A DNA stretch of 63,976 nt, filler included, from Octopus bimaculoides (lineage: Eukaryota), in NCBI RefSeq assembly GCF_001194135.2. It is 8 parts of 7 records of this genome, joined end to end, with 100 filler letters (N's around TTAATTAATTAA, not from the genome) between each part and the next. Parts side by side here need not be neighbours in the genome. Positions count along the whole stretch, not along the records: positions 43,865 to 56,242 come from NC_068981.1; positions 56,343 to 60,272 come from NC_069001.1; positions 60,373 to 61,782 come from NC_068981.1; 5 more parts are not named here. One strand, given 5' to 3'. A program made the position numbers and the translations under genes. The notes beneath the pieces are model-generated. The model saw only the letters and a list, made by a program, of their open reading frames with translations. It was not told where the DNA came from and ran no database searches. Below, one piece after another: positions 48,528 to 60,725 of the stretch. The stretch's first letter is position 1. The number at the start of each line of letters is the position of its first letter.

Positions 48528-48757
48528 ATTGGGTTGTCCGGAAAGTTCGTACCGATTTATAGAAGCTTACCTTTCGACTTATTTGCCATGAAACTACCTC
48601 AATTCTGGGAAGAGCGTATTTTCAAGTTAAAGGAAAGATGGAGACGCATTGTGCAACAAAATAGTTCATATTTGGTTGATTAAAAATGTAATGGCACGTA
48701 TTTATTGACCTTTGTCTTTCCTTTAAAAATCGGCACGAACTTTCCGGACAACCCAAT
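48528..48757 (+). mobile_element. Mariner-derived MITE (~230 bp)
   Basis: TIRs ATTGGGTTGTCCGGAAAGTTCGTRCCGATTT at both ends; the internal remnant FWEERIFKLKERWRRIVQQNSSYLVD* is a transposase C-terminus. Confidence 0.85.
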
Positions 48758-49087
48758 AATTTATATTATCATATTTTATAGTAAACAAATTACCTATATA
48801 TCTGTATTAATGTATGCAAAAAGTCCTTCAAAATAATGCAGAATTTAAGCTACGTCCTGAGGTGAAACCAAGTTCGATTACTTTCTTTCACCTGCGGACG
48901 TATCTGTGAAAAGTAGTGTTAAGTAGGGTGTATTCCAAGCGCTGTTACAACCGTTTCTTCCAGACTGGAATAACAAAAGTTGGCAGATCAGCTTATCAGA
49001 TGTATAGTAATGATATACTAAAATTACAATAATCTAAGACAGCTATAACTGTCTCTTCTAAAATGTCTCCGAACTTCTAGAATGCAT

Positions 49088-49121
<34 letters not shown>

Positions 49122-49359
49122 TGTATGTACGTACGTACGTACATACATACATATATACATACAGATATACACATATACATACATACATATACATACATAC
49201 CATACAGACCGACAGACAGACTGAGTATAGACATCCAAGAGCAAATCCGCCTGTGTAATAAGTACGTAAAAATATCCGGGTGAGACAAATGCTAACAGCA
49301 ATAAAATGCGACAATACCCTGGCATTGATGTATCTTTATAAATAAAAATACAGGAACAG

Positions 49360-49414
<55 letters not shown>

Positions 49415-49451
49415 GCTGCTGCTGCTACTACTACTACTGCTGCTGCTGCTG

Positions 49452-49489
<38 letters not shown>

Positions 49490-49670
49490 ACTACTACTAA
49501 TACTAATAATGATAATACTATTGATGATAATAACAATAATAATGATAATAATAATGATAATAATAATAATAATAATAATAGAGGATGATGGTGATGATGA
49601 TGAGAATGATAATGATGATGATGATGATGATGATATGATGATTATGACGACGACGACGACGACAATGATA
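49360..49670. repeat. Compound (TAC)/(TGC)/(AAT)/(GAT)/(GAC) trinucleotide tract
   Basis: Direct inspection. Confidence 0.95.
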
Positions 49671-50010
49671 ATAGCTATACTACGGATATGTTAACAAAAT
49701 TGCCCTAAATGTTAATCATTTTAAGGTTGATGTTTGCACTAAATTTCTAATGAGACCTGTTTAGCAGCAATTAACTGTCAGTTAATTAGTAAAGTAAGAA
49801 ACACCAAGTAATTGATATACTAGTAATAAGTAGCTTTCATATGATATACAGAATTCTGTAAATGTGCACACACACACACACACACACGCATTTTCGGAGT
49901 TAAGACTGTTAACCCCATCCCAAATTTAACGTAACTGAATCAGTCAAGATTATCAACAAATGTCATGCGCATTGTTCTGACTAGCATATAAAGAAAAAGA
50001 TACATATTTA

Positions 50011-50053
<43 letters not shown>

Positions 50054-50424
50054 GAATGCATAAATTCATAGATATAGATGCTATACGAAACGAACGACCT
50101 AACCATCAAGCGAATAATGCAATCGGTCGCCTGATCAGCTTGAAATAGTAGCCTAATCTTCCTCAAGTTACGCTTATATTAAATAAAGACGCATTGGATA
50201 ACTTTAGTCTTACTTCTAACAGGGGTGATAGTCGCTGGTGGTATGATCTTGATCATAAGGTGGTTCGATCAGGAATGTTCTGAGGTTTAAATAACATAGC
50301 GGACTCTCTTACTGTGAACAATTGAGGGTTTCGCTACTTCTTGTTGAGTATTTCACCGCTTCTTGCTAAACATCCCGCACAGATGATTTGTTAGTGCTGA
50401 ACATAAGCACACTCCAGTCATCAA

Positions 50425-50830
50425 ATCAATATTCTTTTCTACTCTAGGCACGAGGACCGAAATTTTTGGGGAGGGTGCCAGTCGATTAGATCGAGCCCAC
50501 TACACAACTGACACTTAATTTATCGACCCCGAAAGGATGAAAGGCAATGTCGACCTCGGCGGAATTTGAACTCAGAACGTAAAGACAGACGAAATACCGN
50601 NNNNNNNNNCGGCGGAATTTGAACTCAGAACGTAAAGACAGACGAAATACCGCTAAGCATTTCGCCCGGCGTACTAACGTTTCTGCCAGCTCGCCTCCTT
50701 ATTCCTACCAAATATTCTTTTCTACTCTAAGCACAACGCCCGAAATTTTGGGGGGGAGGGGCCAGTCGATTAGATCGACTCCAGTACGCAACTGGTACTT
50801 AATTTATCGATCCCGAAAGGATGTAAGGCA
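50425..50830 (-). mobile_element. SINE family A copies (two, with an apparent unmerged contig overlap)
   Basis: Reverse-complement motifs; an identical ~43-mer lies on both sides of a 10-N gap. Confidence 0.8.
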
Positions 50831-51091
50831 TATACATATATGCATACAAATACACGCACTTCTGTACTAGGAGGAATATACACAAATCACTAGAATGCAA
50901 GTATATCCACAGTTGCATCTACAGTATCTGAATTTATTTTCAAATCTCTGTAATTTTCTTGACTCAAATAAATAAAACGTTCTCTTTGTTCATGATTGAC
51001 TCGAATTCTACGAAGAACTTATAGCTATTCGTACTGACAGACATACATGCCTACATGCAAACATCGCTGCATTATTATGCATGTATACAAT

Positions 51092-51620
51092 TGGTGCGAT
51101 TGCAAAGGAGTAATTCACTTTGAATTGTTACCACCTAATGCAACAATCAATGCTCAAGTCTACTGTCAGCAGTTAGAGCATTTAAACCAAGATTTGAAGA
51201 AAAAAAGACCCGCTTTAGTGAATCGAAAAGGAGTGATGTTTCATCAGGACAATGCACGACCCCCACATTGCAAAGATCACATCACAGAAGATCGAAGAGC
51301 TTGGTTGGGAAAAAATTCCTCATCCACCTTATTCTCCCGACCTTGCTCCTTCAGACTACCATTTGTTTCATAGTTTACAGAATCATTTGGGGGACATAAC
51401 TTTCGCAAGCCAGGAGGAGGTCGAAACCGACATTTCAGAGTTCTTCGCTTTGAAACTAAAAGAGTTTTACATTGATGGGATTAAAAAGCTTGTAAATAGA
51501 TGGAAGGAAGTCATAGATAATCAGGGACAGTACATTGATGATTAAATTTCAATTAAATATAACATTTAATCACTCGTTTTCTTTATTCAAAGTTCGGACA
51601 GAACTTATGGGATGACCTGA
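51092..51620 (+). mobile_element. Mariner transposon 3' half (D34D), frameshifted, with right TIR
   Basis: KGVIHFELLP..HQDNARPH..HPPYSPDLAPSDYHLF (34 residues between the two Asp after correcting a +1 C at ~51262); TIR TTCGGACAGAACTTATGGGATGACCTGA followed by TA. Confidence 0.9.
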
Positions 51621-51780
51621 TATATCAGAATGTACTTCTGTGGAGGTTAGCTACCCAACGCAGACGAATAACTTCATTCACAATTAGTGAAAATAAGAGC
51701 CCATTTATAATCAACTGCTTCGCAATCTACAATTTCTCTAACTAGATTATGAAGGAATATTTGTACCCATAAATATTTAG

Positions 51781-51855
51781 TGAACTTGATGATTATGCTA
51801 CAAATTGCATTATTGATAGCCTTGAAGAACTTTGCTTTCAGGAAATGAAAAAAAG
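51781..51855 (+). CDS. Candidate internal exon of an unidentified gene
   Basis: AG/GT-bounded 75-nt open frame ELDDYATNCIIDSLEELCFQEMKK, phase 2 at both ends; no homolog recognised. Confidence 0.25.
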
Positions 51856-52520
51856 GTATCTAACTTGTACACGGCAAATTCAGTCTGTAAGTGGCACTTT
51901 AAAACCATGCAAAACTTCCTCGAAATTCAAGATGTAACTTGCTACTGTTGTTGTTATATAAATTTCAACGAGAGAACTTAATTTCTTCAATGTAAAGCAT
52001 CTCAGTTTTTTTTTTTTCATATATTTGTTGATGGATTAATGCAACTTAAAATAACATGAACATGCAGACGTATCTTCACAGGCGTACAGACAGACGGACA
52101 GAAAATAGACAAACAGAATCACACGCACACGCACGCGCGCGAACTACAGACAGAGACACGCACACACACACATACACACATTATTAGTATGAGCGGCAAA
52201 ATTAATTGCCTTTATGAAAAGCAGACGTAATTTTTTTGTTTTTTTAAATTTTCTACCTAGCTGCAGATATTCGTTATCACGTTTATTTTAGCAGTAATCC
52301 ATTGCCCCCAAAGCATTGTTACATAAATAGTCTTAAAGACTATCTAAATGCTTTATAAACTGAAAAGATTTCATTAGATAATGACCCACTTGTATGTTCA
52401 ATATTTTAGAATTTCTAAAAATCAAAAGTAAGCAAAAAGCTACCCCCCCCCCCCTACGGTATAACTACAGAGAACTGGAATGTGTAGATGCGCTCTCACT
52501 TTCTTCCGTCTTTCTCTCAG

Positions 52521-52587
52521 CTACGTTCCAATTTAGTATGGATAAACTCGCACCTGGCGTCCATATTCTCCACAGATGTTACCCATG
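52521..52587 (+). CDS. Candidate exon of an unidentified gene
   Basis: Strong acceptor (CTCAC..TTTCTTCCGTCTTTCTCTCAG) and donor TG/GTAGGC; two frames are open. Confidence 0.3.
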
Positions 52588-54014
52588 GTAGGCTGTAAAC
52601 AAAGACTGCAATAACATCAGCAACTGATTCAGAACGTAAATGAGGTGATATTTAATGCGACTTCAGCAGAAGGTCCACAGACAATTTACCGACACTTTTC
52701 GTAGAACGAAGTTGGTTCTTTCAACAGCCAAGTACACGGCAAGCAGGCATGTGGTCTTGTCCTTTTGGTTACACAGACCTATAACGGAAGATTTTGAGTA
52801 CACCTAACGCCAGAGTAGTGATCTATCAGAAACCGTAGGTGTTGATGAGAGATCAAACCCTGAATATAATCTGCCAGCACCTTTGGTCGTTTGCAACGAT
52901 GGATATAAGAAAAATATGCTAAAGTAAACAAGCAAACGTATGTATCAGACTGTCGGTTGCTCAAACAACTGCTTTACTCCCAGCACAATGAAAGAAAGTC
53001 AGTCCAACTCGAAGGAGACAGAGTGAGGGAATGTAAGGAAATTTGAAGATGTTTAACATCAATGTGACCGATTAAGAATCATTAACGAATAGTCGATAAT
53101 TACGGTGAGGGAGAATCTAATTCTGACTAACAATTCGACACACTATAAACCGAAAATCTCTTCGATAAACATGAGCATAGAAAGCACAACAAAGCGATTA
53201 ATACAGCATCACTTCACCATCGAAACAAAATATCCGGCCCGCCACAAGATTAGTGGGTCTCACATTGGCCTACATCATAACATGAAGCTCCTAAAAACTT
53301 TAACCTGGTGGACAATTATCCTCCACCCGTAAGGACTGCCGATGATATATATATATATTTCGATCGGGTAATCAGTATAATTCATAATAAGAAAGAAATG
53401 AATTGTACAGAATAAGTATACTTGATGCTTGTCTTCTAAGAAAATAGCTAGATGTTTCAACTCTCGTCCCTTCAAAGGACTTCCAACAGTTTTCGGCAGC
53501 AAAATCTTACTCATAAGGCATTTGTTAAACTGCGTTTAATATGTAAAAAGAAGTTACATTTAGTAGGATCGAACGCATTAACAGGTGGCTACGGAGTGAA
53601 TTTTATAACATCTTAGCAATGCTAGAAAAAGTACGATGATTAAATGACTGTAGTAATTAACAGAATCAGCAAAAAAAACTTGAGTGCTGCTGTTGTTACT
53701 CCTGGTTTTTGCTGTCACTTGGATGTTGCTCTTAGCTCCAAGTTAATTACATTCGAAAAGATTTATGATCAAAGGGGAACACACAGCCTATTATACTGGG
53801 CATTGTACAGCGACAGCCATATAATCTGATGCGTCCTTATTTCTCAGGGACTATTTAGGGTGTAACTTGGGAAGATTTCGTTGGTTTTTTTTTCTATAAG
53901 TTCAAATGTTTTTTGTGCGTATCAGCAAAAGAATGATAATATTGTTGAAGACTTATAACACCTGTTAAATCCTCACTGCCTTAATCAGTTAATAGAATAC
54001 ATTTTTAATTAATA

Positions 54015-54920
54015 CGAAGTGGTATCAGAAAGGGTACCGAGTAACATCACTATGTTCACTTCGCAAGTTGTGAAATTTGTGTTTTTGTGATCACGTAGTC
54101 AGCTATTTTCTCATGGACAGGAACACGTAGTCAGCTATTTTGCCATGGACAGGAACACGTAGTCAGCTATTTTCTCATGGATAAGAACAAGGAACCAACG
54201 TGAAATTTTGCGTTAAACTTGGGAAGTCTACTACAAAGATTTTGAGCTTTCTTTGACAAGCTCACGGCGATGAGGTAATCAGTCGTACACAAGGTTTCGA
54301 GTGGCACGGGCACTTCAAAAGTGGAAGAACGTCTCTGGAAGACAATGAGTGATCTGGAAGACCTGCCGGAAATGTGGTATTGTGCATGGAGAATTCATTC
54401 CTTAGGGCCAGACTGTCAATCAAGAGTTCTACTACGACGTTTTAAAGCGTTTGAGGGAGGACATTCGGCGAAAGCGACCGGATCTGTGGAGCGCGAAGAA
54501 TTGGATTCATCATGATGGCAATGCACCCTGTCATTGAGCTCTCCTCACTCGTAAGATTCTCGCTAAAAACAACATGGTATCGCTTCCACACCCACTCTAT
54601 TCGCTAGATTTAGCAACTATAGACTTCCATCTCTTCCCCAAGATGAAAATGCAGCTCAAAGGTCGCCGTTTTAACACCGTTGTCGAGATCTAGAGCGAAT
54701 CGCAGAAGGTCCTCGACTCGCTTACGGTAAACGAATTTAAGGCCGGATTCTAAAAGTTGCGGGAACGCTGGAACTGGTGTATTGCAGAGCAATACACCGT
54801 TTCGAAGGAGATGATTTTTCGAAGAAGATGATGTTTCGAAGGAGATGATGTTAAAACTTAGATAAATAAGCTAGTTTTTAATAACCATAACCGGTCCGGC
54901 AATTGTTTGATACCACCTCG
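54015..54920 (+). mobile_element. Internally deleted mariner with both TIRs and TA target duplication
   Basis: TA-CGARGTGGTATCA...TGATACCACCTCG-TA; transposase remnants VKFCVKLGKS, FEWHGHFKSGRTSLED, HDGNAPCH, HPLYSLDLA; internal 3 x 32-bp tandem at 54092-54187. Confidence 0.85.
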
Positions 54921-55519
54921 TATAACAAAATGCGAGAATAAACGATGTTGCTTTTGCTGTTGTGTCACAGGCTAGTTTTGGTCTAACAAGCTATGATTAA
55001 AGGCATTCCACTAATGGCAACCCATAAAATTGGAAGACATTGTATGCAACACTAAATTATCCAAACGTGTTCTTCATTTTGTTTTCTGTCTGTTAGACCA
55101 TATTGTAGCTTGTAGAGAAAAAGTTCTGGCTGGCTGTTATTTCCTGCAAGTCGAGCAACTACGTAAGGGTTTTGTTGTTTGGTACAAAGCTACAATGCAT
55201 TGAGTTTTGTCTGTGATTAACGACAAGATTGTTAAACTTTAATTTCTCACTTGTCCATCAAACACTATCCGACTTGGAAGATTCTTGTCTTGAATTTAAA
55301 GAACCGAAACTTAACCAAGTCAAAGTACAAAGGATAGAATACATGCATAACAATGAAAAAAGAAAGCCTCCCCACAAATAATAATCCGCAACAACAAACA
55401 TGAAGAACAGTAACAAAATTACAGCAGTAGACATAGCAGAGCGAATTGCAACAATTCTACAACGTATAAAATTTTAAACCCAAGTAAACAATAACAACAA
55501 TACTTATAACAACAATGCC

Positions 55520-55573
<54 letters not shown>

Positions 55574-55920
55574 CCTTTTTCTACTTTCTTTTGTATTGTA
55601 TTTTTTAGTGATTTTATATATCTGTTCACTTAATTTTACTGTTTGTTTTTTTATTGGTAACATTGTTGTATGTGCATGAGAGTATGCATGTGTGAGTCAG
55701 TGTAAGGGGATGTGAGCTATATTTTTCTGTAGTTTTATATTTTGTGTTTTGTACACGCGCGCAGCGAATGTGTTGTTTGATTGTGTATGTCTCAGAGTAT
55801 ATATTTACACAAACACACACACACACACACACACACATAAGCACACGCGCACACGCACACACTCAAGTATATATGCATATATATGTATGTATATGTATGT
55901 ATAAGTATAAATATATATAT

Positions 55921-55955
<35 letters not shown>

Positions 55956-56015
55956 CACACACAAACAAACAAAGACTTATATAACTCCATACAAGTATGG
56001 AGTGATATATATGTT

Positions 56016-56053
<38 letters not shown>

Positions 56054-56173
56054 TCTATATATACATCTACACACATATACACATATATGCATAAACATAC
56101 GCACATGCAGACACACACACATACACAAACACACAAACATATATGAATGTATATGTGTGTACACAGACACAGA

Positions 56174-56223
<50 letters not shown>

Positions 56224-56373
56224 TACACACACACACACACACNNNNNNNNNNNNNNNNNNNNNNNNNNNNNNNNNNNNNNNNNNNNTTAATTAATTAANN
56301 NNNNNNNNNNNNNNNNNNNNNNNNNNNNNNNNNNNNNNNNNNCACACATATATATATTTATGTGTGTGTATGT

Positions 56374-56756
56374 GTGGAGACACAATGGCCCAGTGGTTAG
56401 GGCGGCGGAATCGCGGTCGTAGGATTGCGGTTTCGATTCCCAGACCAGGCGTTCTGAGTGTTTATTGAGCGAAAACACCTAAAGCTCCACGAGGCTCTGG
56501 CAGGGGATGGTGGCGAACCCTGCTGTACTCTTTCACCACAACTTTCTCTCTCACTCTTACTTCCTGTTTCTATGGTGCCTGTAATTCGAGGGGCCAGCCT
56601 TGTCACACTCAGTCTCACGCTGAATCTCCCAGAAAACTACGTTAAGGGTACACGTGTCTGTGGAGTGCTCAGCCACTTCTACGTTAATTTCACGAGCAGG
56701 CTGTTCCGTTGATCGGATCAACTGGAACCCTCGTCGTTGTAACCGACGGAGTGCCA
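56374..56756 (+). mobile_element. Full-length SINE family C
   Basis: tRNA head TGGCCCAGTGGTTAGG..GGTTTCGATTCCC; tail GGAACCCTCGTCGTTGTAACCGACGGAGTGCCA. Confidence 0.9.
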
Positions 56757-58045
56757 CGATGTTTATGTACATATCCAAGGGCCCCAATAATTACAGGTAT
56801 AAACCTGAACTTGTAATCTGGATAGAGTAACAGCAGATTTCTCAATAGTTCAGCATAGATATTCTCTTTTTCACTGATCTTTAGCTTTATGTTAACATCC
56901 GCTGGGCAGCTAATTTCCACAACCGCGTACATTTTCTCTTCTCTATTTCAAGTCATTATATGAGGTCTGTTGTGCTTACATTTTTTGATGTCTTCACTGG
57001 TACATTCCACCAGTATTCCTTTTTATTATGAGTGGCTATGGCTTCTACCATATTGTGGGTTCTTATTTCTTTGTCCTCGGGATTTTCCTTCCGACGGATT
57101 TCATTATAGAGTTTCCTAGGTACAACGTCATGTCTCATCGGTAGATAATACCGTGATGACATTTTCGGACAACTGCTTATGATGTGGGTGATATCTTCAG
57201 TGTGAACTGCACAAAGTCTGCATCGGTTGTCACATTTTACGGCTTTTCCTGCATCTCTATCCCTTTTGTGCATCAGATATTTGGTTGATATTTCCTATTC
57301 CTGGATTGCAAACGCATACTCTTCAAAGTGGGAGGTAGTAATCCGGTTATTGGTTCATGATAAACTGCTTTGATGATCGATGTTACTATCATCTCAGAGT
57401 TTTCTACTAACATATCCATGCATAGTCTTCTGCTCATACAGGCCCATCCTTTAATCTGATGATACGATGCGGTGGAGCCGTGTGACTTCTGTGGGCATGT
57501 ATTCTGGGTTATCAGACAAGGAATGCTGCTCAAGGAGCTGCCTGCCAAGTCTTATGATGTTATCAGCCTCATGAATGCAAACTTGGTCAAGGAATGCACT
57601 TCGACACTTGGTGGTTAAAAGATGTTGATGAAGGGATATGATGCGACATTCAGAGGCATTTTTGATTGACGTTAAACCTCTACCGCCTTGTTTTCGTTTT
57701 AGGTAGGGGCGGTCTACGTCACTGTTTATGTGGAAATTATGTGTGCTTGTTCGTATCTTTTGGATTTTCACATCAATGGCTCGATTCTCATCAAGCGTCC
57801 AATCAAGTAGCCCAAATGTTGGTATGAGTACTGGCACTGCAAACACATTGTGGGCCACTGTTTTATTGAATGCAGAGTGTTCTGAGGTCCAAATTTTTTT
57901 TATTCAGCTATAATATTCTTTAGGGACACGTGTTTTGTTACAGGTGCCATTGTAAGATATATTTTCATCCACCCCTAGATACCTGTAACAGTCCTCGTCA
58001 GATACAGGAGAAACGGTCAACTCATTGAAGCACATAACATACTCT
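56757..58045 (-). mobile_element. R4/Dong-type LINE fragment (RT C-terminus, CCHC knuckle, RLE endonuclease)
   Basis: YRYLGVDE; KQGGRGLTSI; CRLCAVHTEDITHIISSCPKM; WWNVPV..HNRPD; VVEISCPADVNI..IPVIIGALG. Frameshifted; the 3' end is cut by a family-C SINE and the 5' end abuts (TG)n. Confidence 0.9.
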
Positions 58046-58065
58046 GTGTGTGTGCACATGCGTGT

Positions 58066-58117
<52 letters not shown>

Positions 58118-58449
58118 ACGCGTATGTATGTATGTTCGTACGTATGTGAAGCACAAAATCAAGGAAAATATTACGGCAACATACGAGAAAGACGATAAAA
58201 AAAAATTCTCACCAAAACAATTTACAAAATGGCTGCCACATTCATTAATGTTTATTTGGACGGCAGAGAGATTGTGTTAGGATAGATTCCATACGTTAGT
58301 TGTTCTAACAAAGACTTAATGAGTAGCAAATACTGTTTTATTTGAAAGATATATATGTATAAGACAGGTTCTATGGCGACGGCTGTTTTTAGTGTTTTTA
58401 GCCATGTTGCAAGATTTGTTTGGGGTAAATACAAGAGGTAGATGGGTAG

Positions 58450-58910
58450 GTATGTGTGTGTGTATTTGTGTCTATGTGTATATGCATGTATTATGTATGT
58501 GTGCATTTATATGTATGTATATATTTATGTGTGTATGCATGTATGAGTGTATGTATATATGTATGTATATGTGTGTGTATGTTTTCGTGTTGTCTTTATG
58601 CTTGTATATATGTGTATTCATGTATATACATGTTTGTGTTTGTATTTGTGCGTGTATATACATATATATGCAGATATGCACATATATGTATATATTTATT
58701 TATGTATGTATTATGTATGTATGTATGTATATGTATATATGCGGACATATTTATGTGTATATGGACAGATATATATGAGTGTGCGTGTGCGTGTACACAT
58801 AAATCAATGTATATAAATATGCATGTGTACGAGCGTGACTATGAATGTATCTGTGTATTTATGCATACACACACATATTTATGAGACTATAAAAGTACTT
58901 ACGTTCATAT
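58450..58910. repeat. Cryptic (TG)/(TA)-rich simple sequence
   Basis: Explains the CMYV-rich ORFs. Confidence 0.9.
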
Positions 58911-59151
58911 ACGGATGTAAATATAAACATACGTGTGTGAGAGAGAGAGAGAGTGAGAGAGACCGACCGACCGACCGACCTGTACGATGTATTCCCACCA
59001 CCATTCGTCCACAATCAACCTCCGTGACTGTTTTCCGGTGACGGTATAAGCATGTTACTGATTATCGACGGAAAGGTGGTTGAGCATCGTTGGGGAGTAT
59101 TCTGGTACCATCCAAGGCATTCGTTATCAGAGTGTATCTAGTAGCATGTGT

Positions 59152-59530
59152 GGGCACTCCGTCGCTTACGACGTCGAGGGTTCCACTTGGTCCGATCAAC
59201 GGAACAGCCTGCTCGTGAAATTAACGTGCAAGTGGCTGAGCACTCCACAGACACATGTACCGTTAACGTAGTTCTCGGGGATATTCAGCGTGACACAGTG
59301 TGACAAGGCTGACCCTTTGAATTACAGGCACAACAGAAACAGGAAATAAAAGTGAGAGAAAGTTGTGGTGAAAGAGCACAGCAGGGTTCGCCACCATTCC
59401 CTGCCGGAGCCTCGTGGAGCTTTAGGTGTTTTCCCTCAATAAACACTCACAACGCCCGTTCTGGGAATCGAAACCGCGATCCTATGACCGTGAGTCCACT
59501 GCCCTAACCACTGGGCCATTGCGCCTCCAT
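59152..59530 (-). mobile_element. Full-length SINE family C
   Basis: Reverse complement of 56374-56756. Confidence 0.9.
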
Positions 59531-59908
59531 CTAGTAGCATAACCGTTTCTAATGCACCAAAACAACACCGAAACTATGTCAGAAGAATGAAGAACATCAA
59601 GTTGTAGCGTCACTTTCCATCAGAAGAATGGAGAAGGGAGACCAACGTAGGAGTGTCACGAATGACAAAAACTGATAGCAGGATATCTGGACGGTGGAAC
59701 TGTCTGGAGAGTGATGCAGGGTTAGGAGTGGGAGGTTTGAAGAGAGTGCTCGAGTTCCTTTATCATATTCCAGTATCGAAGCAACACTCTCATCTTGTGG
59801 CATTGTTAGACTAAATAATGTCCTGATTATTGAGCTGATGGTGCCTGAAGAGATAATATGGCGTAGGTACATGTATGTGTGTGTATGTGTGTATATATTT
59901 ATACACAA

Positions 59909-60272
59909 GTGGAGGCGCAATGGTCCAATGGTTGGGGCAGCGGACTCGTGGTCGTAGGATCGCGGTTTCGATTCCCAGACCGGGAGTTGTGAGTGTTTAT
60001 TGAGCGAAAACACCTAAAGCTCCACGAGGCTCCGGCAGGGGATGGTGGCGAACCCTGCTGTACTCTTTCACCACAACTTTCTCTCTCACTCTTTCTTCCT
60101 GTTTCTGTTGTACCTGTAATTCAAAGGGTCGGCCTTGTCACACTCTGTGTCACGCTGAGTATCCCCGAGAACTAGTTAATGGTACACGTGCCTGTGGAGT
60201 GCTCAGCCACTTGCACGTTAATTTCATGAGCAGGCTGTTCCGTTGATCGGATCAACTGGAACCCTCGTCGTC
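59909..60272 (+). mobile_element. SINE family C (3' end in gap)
   Basis: Same consensus as the other family-C copies. Confidence 0.9.
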
Positions 60273-60530
60273 NNNNNNNNNNNNNNNNNNNNNNNNNNNN
60301 NNNNNNNNNNNNNNNNTTAATTAATTAANNNNNNNNNNNNNNNNNNNNNNNNNNNNNNNNNNNNNNNNNNNNATTAGAGCTTTCATCTGCTCTAATAGAT
60401 TCTTCAGAATCTGAAGAATTTATTAGAGTAGATGAAAGCGCTAATATATGATTTATAAAAACATGTGACATATTAATAAAAATCTGTAAATGTACAACCA
60501 CTCAGATCTCTGAGTACCTTATTTTCGCTA

Positions 60531-60559
<29 letters not shown>

Positions 60560-60569
<10 letters not shown>

Positions 60570-60725
60570 AACATCTCCGTAACTTAGCGGTTAGGCAAAG
60601 CGTATGGAAGAATAAGTAGCGGTCTTTAAAAATAAAAGTACCGGAGTTGGTTTGTTTGACTGAAACCCTTCAAGGCGGTGCCTGCCCCAGCATAGCCGCA
60701 GTCCAATGCACGAAACAAGTAAAAG
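60560..60725 (+). mobile_element. 3' part of SINE family B
   Basis: CCGTAACTTAGCGGTT..CCCAGCATAGCCGCAGTC. Confidence 0.65.

Noticed and set aside
50560-50652. Exact direct repeat across a 10-N gap
   Set aside because: Most simply an unmerged contig overlap inside a SINE.
51047-51545. Mariner ORFs as a SETMAR-like domesticated gene
   Set aside because: 5'-truncated, frameshifted at ~51262, retains a TIR, and there is no SET domain nearby.
59545-59590. GAAACUAUGUC-AGAA resembling an HHR 3' half
   Set aside because: No CUGANGA core and no stem II pairing.
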